Source: Pasteurella multocida
GTDB taxonomy: Bacteria > Pseudomonadota > Gammaproteobacteria > Enterobacterales > Pasteurellaceae
DNA length: 32,000 bases
Reading direction: 5' to 3'
NCBI RefSeq assembly: GCF_900187275.1
Contig: NZ_LT906458.1
Coordinates: 1,830,001-1,862,000 of the forward strand
The position numbers and the translations under genes are program-made. How positions within the stretch are numbered: the stretch's first letter is position 1; each line of letters opens with the position of its first letter. Shown here one piece after another: positions 15,744 through 24,871 of this stretch. The notes under the pieces are model-generated. The model made no database searches. It was not told where the DNA came from and was given only the letters and a program-made list of their open reading frames with translations.

Positions 15744-17204
15744 ATGATTAAGCATTGGATAAATGGTAAAGAAGTCGCCAGTGAGGAAACCTTTGACAAC
15801 TTTAATCCTGCAACAGGTGATGTGATTTGTCAGGTTGCCTCTGGCGGTGAAAAAGAAATTAATGCGGCAGTTCAAGCAGCAAAAGACGCGTTCCCAAAAT
15901 GGTCAAAAACACCAGCCAAAGAACGCGCCCGTTTGATGCGTAAGTTAGGTGAATTAATTGATCAAAATGTGGCGAAATTGGCCGAATTGGAAACTTTAGA
16001 TACGGGCTTACCCATTCATCAAACCAAAAACGTGCTCATTCCTCGTGCCTCGCATAACTTTGATTTCTTTGCGGAAGTTTGTACGCGCATGAATGGGCAT
16101 AGCTATCCAGTCGATGACAAAATGCTCAACTATACCCTTTATCAACCCGTTGGGGTATGTGGCTTGGTTTCCCCATGGAACGTGCCATTTATGACAGCAA
16201 CCTGGAAAACTGCACCTTGTTTGGCATTAGGTAATACTGCGGTACTTAAAATGTCCGAGCTTTCACCTTTAACCGCAAATGAATTAGGGCGTTTAGCCTT
16301 GGAGGCAGGTATTCCTGAAGGGGTTTTCAATGTGGTGCAAGGTTTGGGTTCAACGGCAGGTCATGCGTTAGTCACACACGATGACGTGCGTGCGATTTCA
16401 TTTACCGGTGGCACGGCGACAGGTAAGCATATTTTAAAACATGCCGGTTTGAAAAAATATTCAATGGAGTTAGGGGGCAAATCCCCAGTGTTGATTTTTG
16501 ATGATGCGGATTTAGATCGCGCTTTAGATGCGGCATTGTTCACCATTTTCTCGCTCAATGGCGAGCGTTGTACTGCGGGTTCACGGATTTTTATTCAAGA
16601 AACAGTGTATGACGAGTTCGTGAAACAATTTGCAGCACGTGCAAAACGGTTAATCGTGGGCGATCCGCAAGATTTCAATACCCAAGTAGGTTCTATGATT
16701 ACCCGTCAACATTATGACAAAGTGACAGGCTATATCCGCATTGGTCTAGAAGAAGGCGCCACCTTACTTGCCGGCGGTTTAGAACGCCCGCAAAACTTAC
16801 CAGCACATTTACAAAAAGGTCACTTTATTCAACCAACGGTCTTTGCTGATGTTGATAACCGTATGCGTATTGCACAAGAGGAAATTTTTGGTCCGGTAGT
16901 GTGTTTAATGAAATTTAAAGATGAAGCAGAGGCATTACGTTTGGCAAATGACGTGGAATACGGTCTGGCTTCTTACATTTGGACAAAAGACATTGCGAAA
17001 GCATTGCGTTTATCCAATGGCATTGAAGCGGGGATGGTCTTCGTCAACAGTCAAAACGTACGTGATTTACGTCAACCGTTCGGTGGCATCAAAGCCTCAG
17101 GTATTGGACGCGAAGGCGGCGAATACAGCTTTGAAGTCTTTGCTGAATTGAAAAATGTGTGCATCTCAATGCACGATCATCCAATTCCTCGCTGGGGATT
17201 ATAA
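15744..17204 (+). CDS. hpaE: 5-carboxymethyl-2-hydroxymuconate semialdehyde dehydrogenase HpaE
   Basis: 486-aa aldehyde dehydrogenase (ELGGKSP, catalytic-Cys region FSLNGERCTAGSR) in the hpaG-E-D-F order. RBS AAGGAG. Confidence 0.85.
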   Translation: MIKHWINGKEVASEETFDNFNPATGDVICQVASGGEKEINAAVQAAKDAFPKWSKTPAKERARLMRKLGELIDQNVAKLAELETLDTGLPIHQTKNVLIPRASHNFDFFAEVCTRMNGHSYPVDDKMLNYTLYQPVGVCGLVSPWNVPFMTATWKTAPCLALGNTAVLKMSELSPLTANELGRLALEAGIPEGVFNVVQGLGSTAGHALVTHDDVRAISFTGGTATGKHILKHAGLKKYSMELGGKSPVLIFDDADLDRALDAALFTIFSLNGERCTAGSRIFIQETVYDEFVKQFAARAKRLIVGDPQDFNTQVGSMITRQHYDKVTGYIRIGLEEGATLLAGGLERPQNLPAHLQKGHFIQPTVFADVDNRMRIAQEEIFGPVVCLMKFKDEAEALRLANDVEYGLASYIWTKDIAKALRLSNGIEAGMVFVNSQNVRDLRQPFGGIKASGIGREGGEYSFEVFAELKNVCISMHDHPIPRWGL

Positions 17205-17222
17205 AATTAAAGGAGCAACAAT

Positions 17223-18068
17223 ATGGGTAAACTCGCTTTAGCTGCCAAGATTACACATGTTCCGTCAATGTATTTGTCAGAACAACCGGGCAAACATTAT
17301 GGTTGCCGTGCTTCCGCCATTGAAGGTCACAAAGAAATTAGCCGACGTTGTCGTGATTTGGGGGTCGATACGATCATCGTATTTGATACACATTGGCTGG
17401 TGAATAGTGCATATCATGTGAACTGTTGTTCGCATTTTGAAGGGGTTTATACCAGTAATGAGCTCCCGCACTTTATTCGTGATATCACTTTTAATTATGA
17501 AGGCAATCCTGAATTAGGTCACATGATCGTCAAACATGCGGTGGCGAAAGGGGTGCGCGCTCAGGCACATGAGATTGATAGCCTGAAATTGGAATACGGC
17601 ACGTTGGTTCCAATGCGTTATATGAACGAAGATAAAGCCTTTAAAGTGATTTCCATTGCGGCATTCTGCACCTCGCATTCATTCGAAGATAGTCGCAAGC
17701 TCGGTGAGGCGGTATTAGACGCCATTAAAGAATACGATGGCATTGTTGCCGTGTTAGCCAGCGGCTCGTTATCACACTACTTTATTCCCGATCATTTAGC
17801 CAAAGACGGGATGAACAGCTATACCCGTGAATTTGAGCGCCAAATTGATTTGCATGTAGTGGATATGTGGCGTAAAGGCAATTTCAAAGACTTTTGCAAA
17901 ATGTTACCGGAATACGCGGAATTCTGTCGCGGTGAGGGCAATATGCACGATACAGTAATGTTGCTCGGTATGCTGGGTTGGGATAAATACGATAAGCCAG
18001 TTGAAATCTTGACGGATTTATTCCCAAGTTCCGGTACGGGACAAATTAACGCCGTCTTCCCGGTGTAA
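17223..18068 (+). CDS. hpaD: 3,4-dihydroxyphenylacetate (homoprotocatechuate) 2,3-dioxygenase HpaD
   Basis: 281 aa. MGKLALAAKITHVPSMYLSE...TIIVFDTHWLVNSAYH...GEGNMHDTVMLLGMLGWDKYD is nearly colinear with E. coli HpaD as recalled (LigB-type extradiol dioxygenase). Confidence 0.95.
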   Translation: MGKLALAAKITHVPSMYLSEQPGKHYGCRASAIEGHKEISRRCRDLGVDTIIVFDTHWLVNSAYHVNCCSHFEGVYTSNELPHFIRDITFNYEGNPELGHMIVKHAVAKGVRAQAHEIDSLKLEYGTLVPMRYMNEDKAFKVISIAAFCTSHSFEDSRKLGEAVLDAIKEYDGIVAVLASGSLSHYFIPDHLAKDGMNSYTREFERQIDLHVVDMWRKGNFKDFCKMLPEYAEFCRGEGNMHDTVMLLGMLGWDKYDKPVEILTDLFPSSGTGQINAVFPV

Positions 18069-18075
18069 TCAGCAC

Positions 18076-18120
18076 AAGTGCGGTTGGTTTCTGACACTTT
18101 TTGCTAAACAGACCGCACTT
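18076..18120. repeat. Inverted pair of USS cores (AAGTGCGGT ... ACCGCACTT), a potential stem-loop between hpaD and hpaF
   Basis: AAGTGCGGT at 18076-18084 and ACCGCACTT at 18112-18120, giving a 9-bp perfect inverted repeat with a 27-nt spacer. Followed on the + strand by TTCTCTTC. Confidence 0.85.
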
Positions 18121-18146
18121 TTCTCTTCATAAAAAGGAAAACATGC

Positions 18147-18530
18147 ATGCCACACTTTATTGTTGAAGCCACCGAAAATTTGCGTGATGACGTGGATTGG
18201 CAACCGTTATTTAAACAGGTACATGATTATCTTGCCAATACTGGTATTTTCCCTTTAGGCGGCATTCGCAGTCGCGTGCATTGGGTGGATGTGTATCGTA
18301 TGGCGGATGGGATAGAAGATGATGCTTTTGTGCATATCACGTTAAAGGTTGGTGCGGGACGTGATGAAGCCAGTTTAAAACCTGTCGGCGAACAGGTGTT
18401 TACACTGTTAACGAATTACTTTCAACCGCTATTTGAGAAACGCTATTTTGCGCTGTCATTTGAAATGGCGGAATTGCATCCGACCTTAAATTTCAAGAAA
18501 AACAATGTGCATTTGAGATTTAAGAAATAA
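18147..18530 (+). CDS. hpaF: 5-carboxymethyl-2-hydroxymuconate delta-isomerase HpaF
   Basis: 127 aa. MPHFIVE...GIFPLGGIRSRVHWVD...FVHITLKVGAGR...LSFEMAELHPTLNFKKNNVH matches E. coli HpaF (126 aa) as recalled. Confidence 0.95.
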   Translation: MPHFIVEATENLRDDVDWQPLFKQVHDYLANTGIFPLGGIRSRVHWVDVYRMADGIEDDAFVHITLKVGAGRDEASLKPVGEQVFTLLTNYFQPLFEKRYFALSFEMAELHPTLNFKKNNVHLRFKK

Positions 18531-18572
18531 GCCAATTGAGGCGATTTAACAGAGTGTCATGGAGGCGTCATT

Positions 18573-19772
18573 ATGCCAGTAGCAACCAATACGACGTGGA
18601 ATCAGACCGCACTTATCTGCTTCTTAGGCACGTTGGTGGGCTTTGGACCGCTTTCCATTGATATGTATCTGCCGTCTTTACCGACCATTGCGCAAGCTTT
18701 ACATACCAGTATTGAATGGGTACAACTGTCCGTTAGTACCTTTCTGACGGGGTTTTGTGTTGGCATGTTGTTTTATGGTCCCTTATCCGATAAATATGGG
18801 CGCCGTATTATTTTGCTGATTGGCATGACGATTTATATTGTAGCAAGCATTGCGTGCAGTATTGCTACTAGCATTGAACAGCTGTTAGTCGCTCGTTTTT
18901 TACAAGCCTTTGGCGGTGGGGTAGGTCCAGTATTAGGGCGGGCGATTGTGCGTGATAGTTTCCCGCCACAGCGTATTACGCACGTGCTTTCTATGATGCA
19001 GTTAGTCACGATGCTTGCTCCTCTCTTAGCGCCTTTTATCGGCGGGATTGTGTTGTTATGGTTTGGCTGGGAAACTCAGTTCTTACTCTTAGCGTTAATT
19101 GGGGTGGTTTGTTGGTTAATTGCTTATTTTTTCTTAGCGGAAACCAATCAAGACCGCCATCAACGTCCGTTAAATCTTGGCACATTTTTTCAAGCATATT
19201 GTGGGATTTTGAAACAACCACAATCTTTCGGCAATATTCTTTGTTTAAGTGCCATGTTTGGTGGCATGTTTGCTTATGTAGCCGGTACGCCCTTTGTTTA
19301 CATTGATTATTTCCATATTCCGCCTCAGGACTACGGATTTTACTTTGGCATCAATGTGGTTGGTATTGTGTTAGCAACTTTAATTAATAACTATTGTGTT
19401 AAACGTTATGCCGTCCAGCGTGTGTTAATGGCGGAAATGGGCTTAGTGGCATTGGCTGGCATGGCGTTTTTTCTGGCAGACACCGATTCCTTATTTGCCA
19501 TAATGTTACCGCTTTTTATTTTTGTCGGGTTAACGGGGGCGATCACGCCTAATGTGATGACCAGTTTATTAAAACAGCATAGCCATGCAGCGGGGGCGGC
19601 GATGGCACTTGCGGCTTCGATGCAGTTTGCCGGTGGTTTTGTGGCAAGTGGGGCATTGTCTTACTTTTTTAACAACAGTCCGCAAACCATGCTTTGGGTC
19701 ATGAGTACTTGCGCAGGTGTTGCCATTGTGGGCTTTATGATTACGTTAAAACCAAATTCAATTTCATCTTAA
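18573..19772 (+). CDS. MFS transporter, DHA1 / Bcr-CflA-like subfamily
   Basis: 399 aa, about 12 TM segments. N-terminal [19 protein letters not shown] and motif A-like [14 protein letters not shown] are hallmarks of Bcr/CflA-type drug:H+ antiporters as I recall them. It is shorter than and unlike HpaX. RBS GGAGG. Confidence 0.8.
   Translation: MPVATNTTWNQTALICFLGTLVGFGPLSIDMYLPSLPTIAQALHTSIEWVQLSVSTFLTGFCVGMLFYGPLSDKYGRRIILLIGMTIYIVASIACSIATSIEQLLVARFLQAFGGGVGPVLGRAIVRDSFPPQRITHVLSMMQLVTMLAPLLAPFIGGIVLLWFGWETQFLLLALIGVVCWLIAYFFLAETNQDRHQRPLNLGTFFQAYCGILKQPQSFGNILCLSAMFGGMFAYVAGTPFVYIDYFHIPPQDYGFYFGINVVGIVLATLINNYCVKRYAVQRVLMAEMGLVALAGMAFFLADTDSLFAIMLPLFIFVGLTGAITPNVMTSLLKQHSHAAGAAMALAASMQFAGGFVASGALSYFFNNSPQTMLWVMSTCAGVAIVGFMITLKPNSISS
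18606..18614 (-). repeat. USS core (ACCGCACTT on + strand)
   Basis: Exact 9-mer, inside the MFS gene. Confidence 0.9.
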
Positions 19773-19785
19773 AGAGGGATTTTCT

Positions 19786-20589
19786 ATGTTATCCGGAGCG
19801 ATTATTCAACAGGCGGCACAACGTCTTAATGAAGCAGAAAAAACAGGCACGCAGATTTCACAATTTTCGTTAGCGTATCCAGAGATTACCATTGAAGATG
19901 CGTATGAAATTCAAAAAGCGTGGGTGGCGATGAAAATTGCAGAAGGACGCGTGTTGAAAGGGCATAAAATCGGCTTAACCTCAAAAGCGATGCAAAATAG
20001 CTCACAAATTAACGAACCAGATTATGGTGCCTTACTGGATGATATGTTTTTTGAGGAAAACAGTGAAATCCCTTTTGATCGTTTTATCGTGCCGCGCGTT
20101 GAGGTGGAATTAGCTTTTATTTTGAAAAAAGACTTATCAGGGCCAAATTGCACTATTTTTGATGTGCTAGATGCTACCGATTATGTGATTCCTGCGTTAG
20201 AAATCATTGATGCACGCATTGAACAATTTGACAGTAAAACTAAAGTGCCGCGTCGTGTATTTGATACTATTTCAGATAATGCCGCCAATGCTGGTGTGGT
20301 GTTAGGCGGACGTGCGATTAAACCGATGGACGTGGATTTACGCCGTGTAGCGGCGGTATTATACCGCAATGGTGTGGTGGAAGAATCCGGTGTGTCTGCG
20401 GCAGTTTTAAATAACCCAATTAAGGGTGTGGCGTGGTTAGCCAATAAACTGCATCCTTATGGTGTGACGCTTAAAGCCGGTGAAGTTATTTTGGGCGGTT
20501 CCTTTACACGTCCCGTCGCCGCCCGTCGTGGTGATACATTCCATGTGGATTACCATGAATTAGGCAGTATTTCGATGCAGTTTGTGTAA
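19786..20589 (+). CDS. hpaH: 2-oxo-hept-4-ene-1,7-dioate hydratase HpaH
   Basis: 267 aa, FAH/MhpD-type hydratase ([12 protein letters not shown]...EVELAFIL...GGSFTRPV). Precedes hpaI as in known hpa clusters. Confidence 0.85.
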   Translation: MLSGAIIQQAAQRLNEAEKTGTQISQFSLAYPEITIEDAYEIQKAWVAMKIAEGRVLKGHKIGLTSKAMQNSSQINEPDYGALLDDMFFEENSEIPFDRFIVPRVEVELAFILKKDLSGPNCTIFDVLDATDYVIPALEIIDARIEQFDSKTKVPRRVFDTISDNAANAGVVLGGRAIKPMDVDLRRVAAVLYRNGVVEESGVSAAVLNNPIKGVAWLANKLHPYGVTLKAGEVILGGSFTRPVAARRGDTFHVDYHELGSISMQFV

Positions 20590-20608
20590 TGGCAACGTGA
20601 GGCGTACA

Positions 20609-21415
20609 ATGCAACTGAAAAATCACTTTAAACAAGCGTTAAAAGAGAAAAAACCGCAAATTGGCTTATGGGTCGGCTTAGCGGATGGCTATGCTTGTGA
20701 GCTTGCCGCCACTGCCGGATTTGATTGGTTATTGCTCGATGGTGAGCATGCCCCGAATGATCTACGCACCTTGTTACATCAGCTCCAAACCTTAGCCGCG
20801 TATCCTACTACTCCGATTATTCGCCCCGTGATTGGACAAACGCATACCATTAAACAACTGCTTGATATTGGGGCGCAGACCTTATTGGTCCCGATGGTGG
20901 AAACCGCTGAACAAGCGCGCGAATTGGTGAAAGCTATACATTATCCACCAAAAGGTGTGCGTGGCGTAGGCAGTGCCTTAGCGCGTGCGTCGCGTTGGAA
21001 TAGTATTCCTCATTATCTACAACAAGCGGATGAAGAAATCTGTTTATTGGTGCAAGTGGAAAACAAAACCGGCTTACAGAACCTGAAAGAGATTGCTGAA
21101 GTCGATGGGGTCGATGGCGTTTTTATTGGACCTGCCGATCTGAGTGCGTCCTTAGGGCATTTAGGCAATCCATCGCATCCAGAAGTGCAACAAGCGATTG
21201 AACAAGCGATTGCCACCATTTGTGCAGCCGATAAAGCTGCCGGTATTTTGTATGCCGATGAAAAAATGGCAAAACACTATTTAGCACTCGGCTGTACGTT
21301 TGTGGCGGTAGGCGTCGATACCTCTTTGTTAATGCGTGCATTAAACGATCTTTCACAGAAGTTTAAGTCATCGAATGCACTAGAAAACACAGCTAGTGCG
21401 GACCAAATTTATTAA
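20609..21415 (+). CDS. hpaI: 4-hydroxy-2-oxoheptanedioate (HKHD) aldolase HpaI
   Basis: 268 aa from the ATG at 20609 (RBS GTGAGG). The ORF-track start at 20582 is a TTG overlapping hpa[16 protein letters not shown]...[13 protein letters not shown]...[14 protein letters not shown]...[17 protein letters not shown] closely parallels E. coli HpaI as recalled. Confidence 0.9.
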   Translation: MQLKNHFKQALKEKKPQIGLWVGLADGYACELAATAGFDWLLLDGEHAPNDLRTLLHQLQTLAAYPTTPIIRPVIGQTHTIKQLLDIGAQTLLVPMVETAEQARELVKAIHYPPKGVRGVGSALARASRWNSIPHYLQQADEEICLLVQVENKTGLQNLKEIAEVDGVDGVFIGPADLSASLGHLGNPSHPEVQQAIEQAIATICAADKAAGILYADEKMAKHYLALGCTFVAVGVDTSLLMRALNDLSQKFKSSNALENTASADQIY

Positions 21416-21433
21416 TTGTTGGGAGGTATTTCA

Positions 21434-22879
21434 ATGCAACAATTTTCCCTATTAAAAACCAAAGCCTATATTAATGGCGAGTATGTACAGGCAAAGGATC
21501 ACAAAACCTTTGCGGTTACTAATCCAGCGAACCAACAAATCATTTGTGAGTTGCCAGATTTAAGCGCAGAAGAAACCGAATATGCGATTGCTTGCGCGGC
21601 ACAAGCCCAGAAAAAGTGGCAAAAAGTCACGCCGAAAGAACGCGCGAATCTCTTACGCCGTTGGTATAACTTAGTCATTGAAAACCAAGAAGAATTAGCC
21701 CAATTACTGAGTTTAGAACAAGGTAAACCAATCAACGAAAGTCGCGGTGAGATTTTATATGGCGCCAGTTTTATTGAATGGTTCGCGGAAGAAGCCAAAC
21801 GTATTTATGGCGACGTGTTACCACAGGATAAAGAAAATCATCGTTTATTAGTGATTAAACAAGGCATTGGTGTGGTGGCAGCGATCACCCCGTGGAACTT
21901 CCCAAATGCGATGATTACTCGTAAAGCCGCGCCAGCCTTTGCGGCAGGTTGTGCAATGGTATTAAAACCCGCACAGGAAACCCCACTTTCTGCATTAGCG
22001 TTGGCAGAACTGGCACACCAAGCGGGCTTACCTGCGGGGCTATTTAATGTGATTACTTCAACTCGCTCCGTTGAAATTGGCAAAGTGCTAACCGAACATC
22101 CAACGGTACGTAAAGTGACCTTTACCGGTTCGACCCGTGTGGGCAAAATCCTGATGGCGCAATCGGCGAGTACAGTGAAAAAATTGTCATTAGAACTAGG
22201 CGGCAACGCCCCGTCGATTGTGTTTGATGATGCGGATTTAGAGAATGCTATCGAGGGCATTATCGCCTCGAAATTCCGCAACAGTGGACAAACCTGCGTC
22301 TGTACTAACCGTATTTATGTGCAAGCCGGCATTTATGACCGTTTTGTGGAACAATTTAGCGCCAAAGTGGCCGCCTTTAAAGTGGGCAGTGCCAATGAAG
22401 CCGGTGTCAACATTGGACCATTAATCAGTCAAAGTGCAGTCAATAAAATCCAAGAACACATCGACGATGCCACCGCAAAAGGGGCAAATTTGGTGATCGG
22501 TGGTAAGCTTCATACGCGAGGCGGTACTTTCTTTGAACCGACCGTATTGCGAGATGTGACCCAAGCGATGTTAGTGGCAAAAGACGAAACCTTCGCCCCA
22601 TTGGCACCGGTGTTTAAATTTGATACCGAAGCACAAGTGATCGAGATGGCAAATGATACTGAATTTGGCTTAGCCTCGTATCTTTACACCCAAGATATTT
22701 CTCGCATCTGGCGAGTTTCCGAAGCATTAGAATACGGTATTGTCGGCATTAACGAAGGCCTGATCAGCAATGAAATGGCGCCTTTTGGTGGCGTCAAAGA
22801 ATCCGGCTTAGGTCGCGAAGGCTCTCGCTACGGCATCGACGAGTTTTTAGAAATCAAATACCTTTGTTTGAAAGTGTAA
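21434..22879 (+). CDS. gabD: NAD(P)+-dependent succinate-semialdehyde dehydrogenase (GabD/Sad-like)
   Basis: 481 aa from the ATG at 21434 (RBS GGGAGG). The ORF-track start at 21416 is a TTG. Aldehyde dehydrogenase with AITPWNFP, LELGGNAP, RNSGQTCVCTNR and EGLISNEMAPFGGVKESGLGREG, typical of the SSADH subfamily. Last gene of the hpa operon. Confidence 0.8.
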   Translation: MQQFSLLKTKAYINGEYVQAKDHKTFAVTNPANQQIICELPDLSAEETEYAIACAAQAQKKWQKVTPKERANLLRRWYNLVIENQEELAQLLSLEQGKPINESRGEILYGASFIEWFAEEAKRIYGDVLPQDKENHRLLVIKQGIGVVAAITPWNFPNAMITRKAAPAFAAGCAMVLKPAQETPLSALALAELAHQAGLPAGLFNVITSTRSVEIGKVLTEHPTVRKVTFTGSTRVGKILMAQSASTVKKLSLELGGNAPSIVFDDADLENAIEGIIASKFRNSGQTCVCTNRIYVQAGIYDRFVEQFSAKVAAFKVGSANEAGVNIGPLISQSAVNKIQEHIDDATAKGANLVIGGKLHTRGGTFFEPTVLRDVTQAMLVAKDETFAPLAPVFKFDTEAQVIEMANDTEFGLASYLYTQDISRIWRVSEALEYGIVGINEGLISNEMAPFGGVKESGLGREGSRYGIDEFLEIKYLCLKV

Positions 22880-22896
22880 ATTTGCATTAAATGAAA

Positions 22897-22926
22897 AAGC
22901 ACAAGTGATAGCTTGTGTTTTTTTGT
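22897..22926 (+). terminator. Rho-independent terminator after gabD
   Basis: Stem aagcacaag (22897-22905) / cttgtgttt (22912-22920) with one G-U pair and a 6-nt loop, running into a T-tract (22918-22925). Confidence 0.75.
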
Positions 22927-22953
22927 TATTCAATTTTGTGAAGATACGAGTAA

Positions 22954-22962
22954 AAGTGCGGT
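22954..22962 (+). repeat. USS core AAGTGCGGT
   Basis: Exact 9-mer in the gabD/pckA convergent intergenic region. Confidence 0.9.
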
Positions 22963-22994
22963 CATTTTCACCAACGTTTTGTTAAGTTGGTCGG

Positions 22995-23029
22995 CATAAA
23001 AAAACAGCCCGATTTTCATCGAGCTGTTT
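22995..23029 (-). terminator. Rho-independent terminator after pckA
   Basis: Stem aaacagc-c-cga (23002-23012) / tcg-a-gctgttt (23019-23029) with one internal mismatch and loop ttttca. On the minus strand it is followed by TTTTTATGCC. Confidence 0.75.
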
Positions 23030-23055
23030 GGTTATTTATCACGTTAAGCGTTTAA

Positions 23056-24672
23056 TTACGCTTTTGGACCTGCTGCCACTAAGGCTTTACCTTCATCGTT
23101 AGTGGTGTATTTTTCGAAGTTTTTCACGAAACGGGAAGCTAAGTCTTCTGCTTTCGCTTGCCATTGTGCTTTGTCTGCATAAGTATCACGTGGATCTAAG
23201 ATTGCAGGGTCAACACCTGGTAATGCAGTTGGGATCGCTAAATCAAAGATTGGTAATTTGCCCATTTCTGCTTTTTCGATTGAACCGTCTAAGATTGCAT
23301 CGATGATACCGCGCGTATCTTTGATTGAGATACGTTTACCTGTACCGTTCCAACCTGTGTTCACTAAGTAAGCTTCCGCACCTGCTGCTTCCATACGTTT
23401 CACTAACACTTCCGCATATTGTGTTGGGTGAAGTGATAAGAATGCTGCACCGAAACATGCTGAGAAAGTTGGTGTTGGTTCTGTGATACCACGCTCAGTA
23501 CCTGCTAATTTCGCTGTGAAACCAGATAAGAAGTAGTATTTGGTTTGTTCTGGCGTTAATTTAGATACTGGTGGTAACACACCGAATGCGTCCGCAGTTA
23601 AGAAGATCACTTTCTTCGCATGACCTGCTTTTGATACAGGCGTTACGATGTTGTCGATGTGGTAAATTGGGTAAGAAACACGGGTGTTTTCTGTTTTTGA
23701 ACCATCATCGTAATCCACTGAACCATCTGCGCGTACTACAACGTTTTCTAATAAGGCATCACGTTTGATGGCTTTATAGATATCTGGTTCGTTTTCTGGA
23801 GACAGTTTGATCGTTTTCGCATAGCAACCACCTTCGTAGTTGAATACGCCATCATCGTCCCAACCGTGCTCATCGTCACCGATTAATTGACGTTTTGGAT
23901 CTGTTGAAAGGGTGGTTTTACCTGTACCTGATAAACCGAAGAACACAGCAACGTCGCCTTTTTCACCCACGTTGGCTGAACAGTGCATAGATGCGATGCC
24001 TTTTAATGGTAAGAAGTAGTTCATCATTGAGAACATACCTTTTTTCATTTCACCGCCGTACCAAGTACCACCGATTAATTGCACACCCTCAGTTAAGTTA
24101 AATGCCACAAAGTTTTCAGAATTTAGACCTTGTTCTTTCCAGTTCGGGTTAGTGACTTTAGAACCGTTCATTACCACGAAATCTGGTTTGAAGCCGACTA
24201 ATTCTGCTTCTGTTGGACGAATGAACATGTTTTTCACAAAGTGTGCTTGCCATGCTACTTCTGTCACGATACGCACTGATAAACGGGTGTCAGCGTTTGC
24301 ACCACAGAATGCGTCGATCACAAATAAACGTTTGCCAGAAAGTTGTTCTGTCACTAAGCCTTTTAAGCTTTTCCACGTATCTTGTGTCATTGGTTTGTTA
24401 TCGTTTTTCGCCGCATCGCTTGTCCACCAAACAGTGTCTTTGGTTTTGTCATCAAGCACAATGTATTTATCTTTTGGCGAACGACCTGTAAAGATACCAG
24501 TATCAACCGCCACCGCGCCTGATTGTGTCACGATACCTTTTTCGTAACCTTCTAAACCTGGTTTGGTTTCCTCTTCGAACAATTGCTCATAACTTGGGTT
24601 ATAAACGATTTCTTTTACATCATGAATACCAAGTGCACCAAGTTCGTTGATTACTTTATTTAAGTCAGTCAT
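23056..24672 (-). CDS. pckA: Phosphoenolpyruvate carboxykinase (ATP) PckA
   Basis: 538 aa. Kinase-1a motif [21 protein letters not shown], and the full length of ATP-dependent PckA. Confidence 0.97.
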   Translation of the reverse strand: MTDLNKVINELGALGIHDVKEIVYNPSYEQLFEEETKPGLEGYEKGIVTQSGAVAVDTGIFTGRSPKDKYIVLDDKTKDTVWWTSDAAKNDNKPMTQDTWKSLKGLVTEQLSGKRLFVIDAFCGANADTRLSVRIVTEVAWQAHFVKNMFIRPTEAELVGFKPDFVVMNGSKVTNPNWKEQGLNSENFVAFNLTEGVQLIGGTWYGGEMKKGMFSMMNYFLPLKGIASMHCSANVGEKGDVAVFFGLSGTGKTTLSTDPKRQLIGDDEHGWDDDGVFNYEGGCYAKTIKLSPENEPDIYKAIKRDALLENVVVRADGSVDYDDGSKTENTRVSYPIYHIDNIVTPVSKAGHAKKVIFLTADAFGVLPPVSKLTPEQTKYYFLSGFTAKLAGTERGITEPTPTFSACFGAAFLSLHPTQYAEVLVKRMEAAGAEAYLVNTGWNGTGKRISIKDTRGIIDAILDGSIEKAEMGKLPIFDLAIPTALPGVDPAILDPRDTYADKAQWQAKAEDLASRFVKNFEKYTTNDEGKALVAAGPKA

Positions 24673-24814
24673 ACGTTACCTCATAGAGTTAAGTTTTAAA
24701 TGTTGAAAAATAATGCGAGCATTCTAATCAAATTTCTACCTAAAAACTGTTAGCTTGATCAAAATTTTGAAAAATGGCGAAAAATTTTTAACGTTATATG
24801 ATTTATGTCAAAGA

Positions 24815-24845
24815 AAAGAGGCTGCCATGTCAGACAGCCTTTTGT
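24815..24845 (-). terminator. Rho-independent terminator after the outer-membrane barrel gene
   Basis: Stem aaagaggctg (24815-24824) / cagcctttt (24835-24843) including one G-U pair, with a 10-nt loop. On the minus strand it is followed by TTTTCTTTG. Confidence 0.65.
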
Positions 24846-24871
24846 ATCAAGAAAATATGAGGAGATAATCG

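Noticed and set aside
21838-22281. 147-aa minus-strand ORF inside gabD. Similar antisense ORFs occur inside ftsX (7196-7552), hpaC (8007-8390), dctQ (12536-12856), hpaG-C (15143-15481) and zwf (29955-30254).
   Set aside because: All are embedded antisense in strongly supported genes and have no independent signals. They are typical shadow ORFs.
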